Source of the DNA: Mizuhopecten yessoensis
Lineage: Eukaryota
Assembly (NCBI RefSeq): GCF_002113885.1
Contig: NW_018405598.1
Location: forward strand, 125,913 to 189,912
Direction of reading: 5' to 3'
Length of the DNA stretch: 64,000 bases
The notes beneath the pieces are model-generated. The model saw only the letters and a program-made list of their open reading frames with translations. It did not search any database and had not been told where the DNA came from. Numbering within the stretch: position 1 is the stretch's first letter; each line of letters starts with the position of its first letter. Below are positions 39,001 to 51,400 of the stretch, piece by piece. Position numbers and translations under genes: made by a program.

Positions 39001-41270
39001 CTGTGTTACCATGGATTTGTGATGTTACTTAGGTACCGTTGCGTTAGTCTTGTATTGCTGTGTTACTATGGTGATGCTTTGTTACTGTGGTGATGCTGTG
39101 TTACTATGGTGATGCTGTGTTACTATTGTGATGCTGTGTTACGATGGAATTGCGATGTTGTTATGTTACTGTTGGGTTACTTTAGTATTTTACTGATACT
39201 TCGCATGTTTTACAGATGTATTCCAGGTGGTGGATACGGACTACAATACTTACGCCCTAGTCTATATCTGTTACGGACAGCGACTGAAGCAGGGATACTG
39301 CCACATGAGTAACATGCACGTGTCGCTGCTAAGTAGACACCCGTCCTCTGACTTCGCGGAGCGGGACATCATCCAACATATCAGTAACCGATGTATTACC
39401 AGGAAAGACCTTGTCCGGGCCCCAGAGGTCGGTATGTACTGCAGCACTGGTATATTAACCTGAAGTAATTTCACACCTACGTAACGGACACGGTAATTTA
39501 GACATTTCATCTGTTTTTGTATAAGCTCCAGTTCTAACTAACTTGTAATAGAATACAGACGGAATGATATAGATGTGTAAGTGTAAACATGATTGGTTTC
39601 GTTATAGTAATATAATTGCTGAATGATATTCGCTGCTTTACGAAATGTTATTTTAAACGATGATTGTTATAGTCATGTCTTTTGAATGTGCACTGCGGCA
39701 ATTTGTTCCGTGAACGATTGAATGTAACAACGATGAATGATAGCTAACGTTAGAAGTCTGTTATATTCATGGCAAATGTAAACAATTGACGCTACGTTAC
39801 GACAGATTAACGGGGTTTCCTGAACGATGGATGTTTGTGAACGATGTTTATATATAGCTGACAATCTTGTCTTTCCTGAATGATTAAAATGATGATCGTT
39901 CGAAGTTGATGTGTGTAAGGTATTAATAATGGCTTTTCGTCATAAAATTATATTCATAAATGGTTACGTTAGAGAAAGTAGCAAGTTAACTTGTTAATGC
40001 CATATTTTACGTTTAATCATAAATATTTACCATCGTATGGCATTGCCACTATATAACCCTTCCAAATTCAATTGGCATTCATATAGGCTATGACCCGTTT
40101 GTTGATGTCATCATTATTCTGACGTTATAATTGTTACGTTAGAATCCACTGATCCTCCCCTGGCGATGGCTGTTCTATTCATTGAGCAAGCATACACGAT
40201 ACTTTCATTATTTGAACTTAATGCTAAATAATACATGAAATTTACTTTTTTATGAGAGGAACAAATTTCAAAAATGGTAAATGTAAGTATTGAACTGCTT
40301 TCAGTTGGCGTTCATTGGCAATATGAATTCAAACAGGATATAAAGGCAAATTCAATTAAGCGCGTGTTTATCCAGTTAGAATTCATATTGCCTATGCATG
40401 CCAATTGAAAGCAGTTCAATGCTAAAATACTGCAGATAGTGCTATTCATTGATGGCGATATGGTGGTAATATGATCAATGACTCTGAAGTTAAGAATTAT
40501 GTAAGGTGGAGTATGCTAAGTGTTAACGCTATTCATAAATTGTGTATTTTGCATGAAGTTCTGAAGACAATAAGTTACCGATACTGATCAGCTGTGATTG
40601 AAAATGAAAATATTTATGAATTGTTCTGACGTGGTAGAATATAATAAATCAACTGCTGTGAGTATACTATGATGGAAATATCATTCAAACTCAAAAATGC
40701 ATTCAGACCAGTCGATTACTTATAAACGATGAATGTTAAGCATAATTAAAACCCTAATGGCATAACGTTACTGCCCATATTGTAAAACTTGGCTTTAATT
40801 ACGCATGAGTAACATACTGTATTCGTGAACCGTACATGTTATTACGTAATGTTAACGTTATTCGTTAACTGTGGGTGTTACTGCGTAATTAAACATTATT
40901 TGTGAACGATAGATGCTGTTACGTTTCATACATGATTATCAATGTTGCGTTATAGTCGTTTTTACGTAATGTCGCATGTTGCTTATTAATTAAACTACCA
41001 GTTACATTTGTTTTCAATACACGCTTTCCATTGGGTATCAACTGAACTGTTGTCATAAGGGCAGATACAGTTAAAAAATAATTAAATATTGGGAACGATG
41101 TATGTATCCTTATATTATTTAATTCATACAAATAGTGAAAGACACGAAACATGGGGAGTGCAGCAATTTGAAGAAGCCTGGATGTTCCTGAACAATGTTA
41201 ACAGGCTAGAAAGTAATGTTATTAACGTTAAGTAACGTTGTTTTATTTTGCAGCGAGCTGTCAGGTATGA
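36003..41270 (+). CDS. Secreted lipocalin, retinol-binding protein 4/purpurin-like, 5 coding exons, 190 aa
   Basis: Exons 36003-36122, 36514-36647, 38181-38266, 39216-39431, 41254-41270 (phases 0,2,1,1; 573 nt). Hydrophobic signal peptide; SCR1 DFDVGQ|FFGYWYEI; SCR2 VVDTDYNTYALVYIC; SCR3 LLSR; terminal ASCQV-stop; AATAAA at 41376. Confidence 0.88.
38775..39175. repeat. Degenerate ~19-20-bp repeat (TGTGTTACTATGGTGATGC)n upstream of lipocalin exon 4
   Basis: The TGTTACTATGG core recurs about 20 times and ends ~40 nt before the acceptor at 39215. Confidence 0.85.
40284..40425. mobile_element. Palindromic MITE (~140 bp)
   Basis: ATTGAACTGCTTTCAGTTGGC...GGCAATATGAATTC pairs with GAATTCATATTGCC...GCCAATTGAAAGCAGTTCAAT. 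A related remnant lies at ~25489-25538. Confidence 0.7.
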
Positions 41271-42499
41271 AGTATTCATTATACACAGGAAGAGCATCAG
41301 CATCACATGTCAGACTACCATCGAAGTGAGGGAGAGCAGACACATGTATATCATCTGTATAGCCATGACCATCTCAATAAAACCCTAGTAACTCGTTACC
41401 ACTGTTGTGTTATCATTTATTAATATACTAGGTATTGGATAATCGGGTCTATGTCATTAAAAAAAGACAACAGGGTTTTAAACGAGTTGTAAGTATAATG
41501 AACCAGTGCCCTTCGGCTCACCATGCAGGAGACCTTCCATATAACGTCACACACCTGTTATAAGTGCTGTTTACTCTCTATCACAACAGTGAGAGTTGAC
41601 TGGCCTTTTATCGACAACGGGTTCTGTTAAATTTCTAATAACGAATTTTTACCGAGAATCTAGAAACTGATTCGAACTGAAGTGTGTAGGTATTGAGTAG
41701 ACTGGGGACATACAGTATGTAATCCCGTGTTACTTGTACATGTAAATCACAGCTTTCCGTTATGAATGTTCACCGCTAACGGGTAGATACCCTATGAGTT
41801 TGACAAACATACCGAAGGCCTGATGTCCTTTTAAACCTTTGTTAATAAGAATAGACTATAGAATGTATAAAATGTCAGCACCTTTATATCAACTATAGCA
41901 CATTTGATGCGTATAACTCAGTATGAATTACAAACGATATATAATAGAAAATAGTGAATGACGCTTCACGTCAACTCTTTACCGTTATTATAAAGCTCAC
42001 ACCTCGTTAACTGCCAAAGATCCGTACGTCATACCTCGGTAAGCCTGTGTCACTCTGACAGAAACATCCTTATGGATCTGTCGAACATTCAAGAATGAGA
42101 AATCCTTATTGCGGTTTCCACGTGTAGACTGGATCATCATCGACGCGGTAAGACGTAGAACATCAGCTTTAAAAGATGTTTCCAAAATGTTAAAGCTACA
42201 TTTTCTCTATACCCGAGTTCTAATCCTAAGAACATGCTTTGCATACGAGTCATAGACATTCAAAGTTTTTAAACCAGAGACAGTCTTGTGTGCAAGATCA
42301 ATACTTTCACAATCTTAAGCCGAAGACATCAACATTAAAGACATGGAGTTAAATAAAATGCTGTGACACCCAGCGATAAGACGATATGTGATGTTAGCGT
42401 CCTCTCAACATTCTGACGAATCGTCCGGGATTACACGTTATGCCTTGACGTGTCACGATTAGACGTCGTTAGTATCTAGTCCACCTGTAAGCTCGGACA

Positions 42500-45400
42500 A
42501 TGTGTTGTGGTACCTCCTCTCTGTGGGTGAGGTTTGCTCTAGCCCTCATCATCATCGGGTTTATATTCGAGACGGTGGGTTTCGCAACAGCAACCTGGAT
42601 GTTCAACAACACAAGTGGCGAGACAAGGGTAGGACTGTGGATCTCCCAGACCTGTAGTGGATCCGTGTGTACCGACTCCGAAGTACCGTCCTCCTACAAA
42701 GATGGTAAGTACACCTGTCTTTACCAAGTCCGACGTACCTTGTCCTACAACGATTGTAAGTACACTTGTACATACCAAACTCTGACAACTTGGTGTTCTA
42801 CAAAAATGGTACTTGTGTAAGTTAACCTGTCATTATCGACACTGATGCCCAATCTTCCTACAAAATGGTAGATTTATCTGTCTATACTTAGTCTGATGTT
42901 CCGTCGTCCTTCAAACATTGTAAGCACACCCGTCTTTACTGACTCAGATGAACCGTTGCCTTCCAAAGATGGTAAGTACACATGTACCGACTCGGAGTAA
43001 CATAGTTCTACGTCGACGGTAAGCACGCCTGTCTTAGCAAACTATAGGGTATCGTTGTTCTACCATATAGTAAATACATCATACTATAGTATTCCCTATC
43101 CCACATAATATGACATTTAAGGGCACTGTAAAAAGGCCATTGAGTGGACAACATCGTCAAATAATCTGATGCAAAGATAAAAATACTCAATTAGCATACG
43201 CTCAAGTATATTTCTCGGTAAATAATTATGTGTTACAACACATAGAAGTAATAAACATATACAATGCAATACCATTATGATTGTTTAAATTTTCAAATAT
43301 ATGGTGCTATGCACAACAACATTATCAGTGTTTAATTCACCTGCAATTCAATCGTATGTTTCCTTTCTACAAATACATCGGAGCAATTTAGAACCACTCT
43401 AATGAGTCATCAATGAAATGTTTTGTCATAAGGTACAATCAATATTGACCTCGTGTTGCTTTCTGCATCGAGTTACTATGTTTTATCTGTGCTTCCATAT
43501 TTCAAAAGAGTATTCATCGTGAACTGATTCAAGCCATATTTAAGTCTATTTTGTATTCAACTTCTAATACATAGGCTGCAGACACCCCACCTCGTAAACA
43601 AGCAGGACCTGGGTTCTTCCGTCCTACACCAGTTGACAGTTTAGTCCAGAACAGTCAATCAATGGGTGTTGGAGTAATGCACTGTCCCATTACGTACAAT
43701 AGTGTATGTTATTTTTGAGGGTAAAAATTGATGACGGAGTTAAACTATGGTCATGTATTTGGTTACTCGTTTACATTATAACAAACAGACCGCTATTCCC
43801 TTTACTATTAATTTATTTTATTGGGACATAACATAAAAGAAATCTTGAATGTTTACGGCAACTGTATGATAGTGTCGATCAGTTAGATAATGGTTCGGAG
43901 AATTTAAATAAAATTCTCTTTTGTCAAATCACAAGTTTGTAAAGGTAACCCCGGGAAATTAACGATCAATGTCAAACCTTGTGGTTATAGTCAAAACTAA
44001 CAATCATTGACTTAACTAAATGTAACAGTCAAATCTAACGTAAAGGATCAATACCAAAACCATGGATCATAGGAAAAACTTACGGTAATTGTTAATATTA
44101 CCGATCCAAGTCAAAAATAACGATCAAAGACAAAACTAGCCATCACATTGAAAATGATGATCATTGCTGAAACAAATAATTATTGAAAAAAAATAACAAC
44201 ACTTTTATCATTCAATACTTGACTGACAAGGTTCTCCTATCGGAATATATCTTTTATTCCTTTGACCCTAAAATAATCACTAGAAGAATGAAGTGAGGAA
44301 GCTTCGTTTCAACATTTAGTTTGTCGAGGATGCCGAAAGTCAAACGAAGCATACATCTATATGAATGATGTTGTTCCATCCCCATTAAACATGTGGAAGG
44401 AAACCCATTCCTACAATCGGTTTGTTGATGGAAATATTGATCTAGTACATGATAACATTTTTCCGTTTTGTCTTATACTTTTACTCATTACAATGAGCTA
44501 ATGTTGCCAATACGTGAGATGGGCTTAATTTTGGTTAGTATTGCTGTATCGAGCATCACCAATCTGAAATAGAAATATATTGTAATGAACATGCATTATG
44601 CAGTACAAAATATTCAAAAATATGTCTAAATGTCTATATACATATGTATGTATTGTGATATGAAATGCCAAATAAAGGATTTATTAATGAAATATATATC
44701 TAATATATCAATATATCTTAATGTTCATTTGTATATCGTAGTTACAAAACACTCCAAGAATATAATTTAATATATCAGTATGTATTGTATGTATAAACAA
44801 ATTATATCTTAATGTTCCTGTTTATGTATAGGTGTTCTTGTTGACAATAAGATTTACTTACGTACGTTGGAGTTAAAGTAAACAAGTTTTACTTACGTAC
44901 ATTGTAGGTGTTAATTAATGTAAACAATAAGTTATACTTACTTGGATGTTCATGTAGACGTAAAACTTACATAGGTGATCTTGTAGACAATACGTTTTAC
45001 TTACCTATGTGTTAACGAAGACAATAAGTTATATTCAGGTAGATGTTAATGTAGACAATAAGTAATACTTTGGAAGTAAGACAATAAGTTAATCTAACCT
45101 ATGTGTTAATGTAGAAAATAATTATATTCAGGTAGATTTTAATGTAGACAATAAGTAATACTTTGGAAGTAAGACAATAAGTAAATATAACCTATGAGTT
45201 AATGTAGACAATAAGTTATATTCAGGTAGATGTTAATGTAGAAAATAAGTTATATTCAGGTAGATGTTAATGTAGACAATAAGTAATACTTTGAAAGTAA
45301 GACAATAAGTTAATCTAACCTATGTGTTGATGTAGACAATAAGTTATATTCAGGTAGATGTTAATGTAGACAATAAGTAATACTTTGGAAGTAAGACAAT

Positions 45401-48400
45401 AAGTCAATATAACCTATGTGTTAATGTAGACAATAAGTTATATTCAGGAAGATGTTAATGTAGACAATAAATTATATTCAGGTAGATGTTAATGCAGACA
45501 ATAAGTTATTTTCAGGTAGATGTTAATGTAGACAATAAGTAATAATTTGGAAGTAAGAAAATAAGTTAATCTAACCTATGTGTTAATGTAGACAATAAGT
45601 TATATTCAGGTAGATGTTACAATGTAGACAATAAGTTATAATCAGGTAGATGTTACAATGTAGACAATAAGTAATACTTTGGAAGTAAGACAATAAGTAA
45701 ATCTAAATATATTACTGTAGATAATAAGTAATACCTACGTAGGTTTGATATCGACAATAAGTACGGTAATATTGTCCTGTAATACTTATGTAGATAATAG
45801 CGAGTGTCATATCACTCTAAAGACACAGTTGATTGGCCCCGTCAACTGTAGATATATGGCGTTAACAGTCGTGAAGTCAAAACATTCCTATTAGTGACGA
45901 AGTTATGTATATGTTGTAGACAAGTTTCGGGCTACCCAGGCTGTGGAGATATTGGCCTTCATCCTGTACGTGATCGCACCATTCCTCATTGGGGCATTTG
46001 TCTTCTTTGAGGCGACCAGGAACCAGAGGATGGTCATAGTGTGTATGGTCGTCTGTTTCGTTATAGGTGAGTACACTACCCCGTCTGTTTCGTTATTGGT
46101 GAGTACACAATCCTGTCTGTTTCGTTATAGGTGAGTACACTTCCCCGTCTGTTTCGTTAAAGGTGAGTACACTACCCTGTCTTTTTCGTTATAGGTGAGT
46201 ACACTACCCCGTTTGTTACGTTATAGGTGAGTACACAACCCAGTCTGTTTCGTTATAGGTGAGTAGTACACTACCCCGTCTGTTTCGTTTTAGGGGAGTA
46301 CACAACCCCGTCTGTTTCATTATAGGTGAGTACACAACCCCGTCTGTTACGTTATAGCTGAGTACACTACCCCGTCTGTTTTGTTATAGGTGAGTACACT
46401 ACCCCTTCTGTTTCGTTATAGGTGAGTACACAGCCCCGTCTGTTTCGTTATAGGTGCGTACACAACCCCGTCTGTTTCGTTATACGTGAGTACACTTCCC
46501 TGTCTGTTTCGTTATAGGTGAGTGCACTGCCCCGTCTGTTTCGTTATAAGTGACTAAACTACCCCGTCTGTTTCGTTATAGATGAGTACACAACCCCGTC
46601 TGTTTCATTATAGGTGAGTACACTCCCCTGTCTGTTTCGTTATAGGTGAGTGCACTCCCCCGTTTGTTTCGTTATAGGTGAGTACACTTCCCCGTCTGTT
46701 TCGTTATTGGTGAGTACACAACCCCGTCTGTTACGTTATAGCTGAGTACACTACCCCGTCTGTTTGTTATAGGGGAGTACACTACCCCGTCTGTTTGTTA
46801 TAGGTGAGTACACTACCCTGTCTATTTCGTTGTAGGTGAGTACACTACCCTGTCTATTTCGTTGTAGGTGAGTACACTACCCTGTCTGTTACGTTATAGG
46901 TGAGTACACAACCCAGTCTGTTTCGTTATAGGTGAGTAGACTACCCCGTCTGTTTCGTTATAAGGGAGTACACCGCCCCGTCTGTTTCGTTATTGGTGAG
47001 TACACACCCCTGTCTGTTTCGTTTTAGGTGAGTACACTACCCCGTCTGCTTCGTTATAGGTGAGTACACAACCCCGTCTGTTACGTTATAGGTGATTACA
47101 CAACCCTGTCTGTTTCGTTTTAGGTGAGTACACTACCCCGTCTGTATCTTTATAGGTGAGTACACTACTCCGTCTGTTTTGTTATAAGTGAGTACACTAC
47201 CCCGTCTGTTCCGTTATAGGTGAGTACACTACCCCGTTTGTTACGTTATAGGTGAGTACACTACCCTGTCTATTTCGTTATAGTTGAGTACACTACCCCG
47301 TCTGTTTCGTTTTAGGGGAGTACACAACCCCGTCTGTTTCGTTATACGTGAGTACACTTCCCTGTCTGTTTCGTTATAGGTGAGTGCACTCCCCCGTCTG
47401 TTTCGTTATAAGTGAGTACACTACCCCGTCTGTTCCGTTATAGGTGAGTACACTACCCGGTCTGTTACGTTATAGGTGAGTAAACTACCCCGTCTCGTCT
47501 GTTTCGTTATAGGTGAGTAGACTACCCCGTCTGTTTCGTTATAGGGGAGTACACTACCCCGTCTGTTTCGTTGTAGGTGAGTACACTACCCTGTCTATTT
47601 CGTTATAGGTGAGTACACTACCCCGTTTGTTACGTTATAGGTGAGTACACAACCCAGTCTGTTTCGTTATAGGTGAGTAGACTACCCCGTCTGTTTCGTT
47701 ATAGGGGAGTACACTACCCCGTCTGTTTCGTTATAAGGTAGTACACTGCCCCGTCTGTTTCGTTATAAGGGAGTACACCGCCCCGTCTGTTTCGTTATTG
47801 GTGAGTACACAACCCCGTCTGTTTCGTTGTAGATGAGTACACTACCCCGTCTGTTTGGTATAGGTGAGTACACTACCCCGTCTGTTTCGTTATAAGTGAG
47901 TACACTGCCCCGTCTGTTTCGTTATTGGTGAGTACACAACCCTGTCTGTTTCGTTATAGGTGAGTACACTACCCCGTCTGTTACGTTATAGGTGAGTACA
48001 CTACCCCGTCTGTTTCGTTATAGGTGAGTACACAACCCTGTCTGTTTCGTTATAGGTGAGTACACAACCCTGTCTGTTACGTTATAGGTGAGTACACTAC
48101 CCCGTCTGTTACGTTATAGGTGAGTACACAACCCTGTCTGTTACGTTATAGGCGAGTACACTACCCCGTCTGTTTCGTTATAGGGGAGTACACAACCCCG
48201 TCTGTTTCGTTATAGGTGGGTACACTACCCCGTCTGTTTCGTTATAGGTGAGCAAACTACCCCGTCTGTTTCGTTATAGGTGAGCAAACTACCCCGTCTG
48301 TTTCGTTATAGGTGAGTACGCTACCCCGTCTGTTTCGTTATAGGTGAGTACACTTCCCCGTCTGTTTCGTTATAGGTGAGTACACACCCCCGTCTGTTTC

Positions 48401-51400
48401 GTTATAAGTGAGTACACTGCCCCGTCGGTTTCGTTATTGGTGAGTACACAACCCTGTCTGTTTCGTTATAGGCGAGTACACAACCCTGTCTGTTTCGTTA
48501 TAGGCGAGTACACAACCCCGTCTGTTTGTTATAGGTGAGTAATCTACCCCGTCTGTTTGGTTATAGGTGAGTACACAACCCCGTCTGTTTCGTTATAAGT
48601 GAGTACACTGCCCCGTCGGTTTCGTTATTGGTGAGTACACAACCCTGTCTGTTTCGTTATAGGTGAGCACACAACCCTGTCTGTTACGTTATAGGTGAGT
48701 ACCCTACCCCGTCTGTTTCGTTATAGGTGAGTACACACCCCCGTCTGTTTCGTTATAAGTGAGTACACTGCCCCGTCTGTTTCGTTATTGGTGAGTACAC
48801 TACCCCGTCTGTTTCGTTATAGGAGAGTACAATACACAGTCTGTTTCGTTATAGGTGAGTACACTACCCAGTCTGTTTCGTTATAGGTGAGTACACAACC
48901 CCGTCTGTTTCGTTATAAGTGAGTACACTGCCCCGTCGGTTTCGTTATTGGTGAGTACACAACCCTGTCTGTTTCGTTATAGGTGAGTGCATTGCCCCGT
49001 CTGTTACGTTATAGGTGAGTACACTACCCTGTCTGTTTCGTTATAGGTGAGTACACTGCCCCGGCTGTTACGTTATAGGTGAGTACACTACCCCGCCTGT
49101 TTCGTTATAGGTGAGTACACAACCCCGTCTGTTTCGTTATAGGGGAGTACACTACCCCGTCTGTTTCGTTATAGGAGAGTACAATACACAGTCTGTTTCG
49201 TTATAGGTGAGTACACTACCCTGTCTGTTTCGTTATAGGTGAGTACACTGCCCCGTCTGTTTCGTTATAGGTGAGTACACTTCCCCGTCTGTTACGTTAT
49301 AGGTGAGTACACAACCCTGTCTGTTACGTTATAGGCGAGTACACTACCCCGTCTGTTTCGTTATAGGAGAGTACACAACCCTGTCTGTTACGTTATAGGT
49401 TAGTACACTACCCCGTCTGTTACGTTATAGGTTATAGGTGAGTACACAACCCCGTCTGTTTCGTTATAGGGGAGTACACAACCCCGTCTGTTTCGTTATA
49501 GGGGAGTACACAACCCCGTCTGTTTCGTTATAGGGGAGTACACTACCCCGTCTGTTTTGTTATAGGTGAGTACACTCCCCCGTCTGTTTCGTTATAGGTG
49601 ATTAAACTCCCCCGTCTGTTTCGTTATAGGTGAGTACACTTCCCCGTCTGTTTCGTTATAGGTGAGTACACTCCCCCGTCTGTTACGTTATAGGTGAGTA
49701 CACTGCCCCGTCTGTTTCGTTATAGGTGAGTACACTTCCCCGTCTGTTACGTTATAGGTGAGTACACAACCCTGTCTGTTACGTTATAGGCGAGTACACT
49801 ACCCCGTCTGTTTCGTTATAGGAGAGTACACAACCCTGTCTGTTACGTTATAGGCGAGTACACTACCCCGTCTGTTTCGTTATAGGAGAGTACAATACAC
49901 AGTCTGTTTCGTTATAGGTGAGTACACTACCCAGTCTGTTTCGTTATAGGTGAGTACCCAACCCCGTCTGTTTCGTTATAGGTGAGTACCCTGCCCCGTC
50001 TGTATCGTTATAGGTGAGTACACTACTCCGTCTGTTTCGTTATAAGTGAGTACACTACCCCGTCTGTTTCGTTATAAGTGAGTACACTGCCCCGTCTGTT
50101 TCGTTATTGGTGGGTACACAACCCTGTCTGTTTCGTTATAGGTGAGTGCATTGCCCCGTCTGTTACGTTATAGGTGAGTACACTGCCCCGTCTGTTACGT
50201 TATAGGTGAGTACACAACCCTGTCTGTTACGTTATAGGCGAGTACACTACCCCGTCTGTTTCGTTATAGGTAAGTACACTACCCCGTCTGTTTCGTTATA
50301 GGTGAGCAAACTACCCCGTCTGTTTCGTTATAGGTGAGTACACAACCCTATACATTTCGTTATCGGTGAGTACACTATCTTTTCAGTTAGGATAACTTAC
50401 TGTTTTGATTCCACCGAGACGATAAAAGATTGTGAGAACTGGCCAATATTGTTTTAGCTTTGTGATTGAAATACTATTCCTTTATTTGAGTCAAGTCTGG
50501 CATTATAATCTAAATCCGTCAATACCGAGTCGTTAGCAGTCAGGCTAGGAATACTACACGATCACCACAAAATGAGGAGTTTGTCTGTTTAATACTGTAC
50601 ACGTGGACAATCAAATGAAAAGCTTTGAAAGAAACGTTACTCACACTTGCGGACGAGCTGTATGCCGTCTAAAACCAAATTATGATGGTTGTCATTTTCA
50701 ATAAATCTGAATATCTATATTGGAATTTCAATAAATGAAATTACATATTTATTACACTTTAACATTAACAGCGTGTTCAATATGTGTTCAATAGCCTAAC
50801 TAACATGTTTTACTACTCTACCCGTTGTAAGGTTGTATAATATACTTTAGGGTGGGTAATAAATCTACACCTTATACCATCTAATGGAGCTCTTTGATGT
50901 TCATTATGTATGTAATTCTCAATGTATGGTGAAACAGCTGTTAAACTCGTGAATGCATTCAATTTCAATTACAGACACGTCGATAACAATTTATATGTAT
51001 ATGTGTGAAATCATATACTGTTGATACAGTGCATGATCTTAAATAAGTGTTTGCAGGGTTTTTGATGGCACCGCAAATCATTGACCAAGGTTCAAAAATA
51101 TATTCAGTAAATCAAATATGCCATAAAAATGCCCTAAAAGACCATAGCTGTAAATAGAACATACAACACCAACAAACAAACAAAGCCATAAGCTAGTAAC
51201 GAACTTCTCTGTAATATAGGGGATATATGGCAGGTATTCTAGTCCTAATCATTCGTACAATACGTGCATATGTACCACTGTTGAGACTCATACAGAACAT
51301 GCTAGGCGCTTCCTTACTTCACATTTGTCACAAGGTGATTATCTGCTGGTGGACTATCAGTAGCTAAAATACTTCTTTCAGTATAAATGATCTACTGTAC

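Noticed and set aside
38795-39032. Hydrophobic Cys/Val/Tyr-rich ORFs
   Set aside because: Translations of the TG-rich 20-bp repeat.
41490-41610. Possible reverse-strand SINE fragment
   Set aside because: Only a vague resemblance; no head, tail or TSD that I can demonstrate.
46050-50377. CRISPR-like appearance of the 32-bp array
   Set aside because: Units are contiguous with no unique spacers, there are no cas genes, and the context is a eukaryotic intron.
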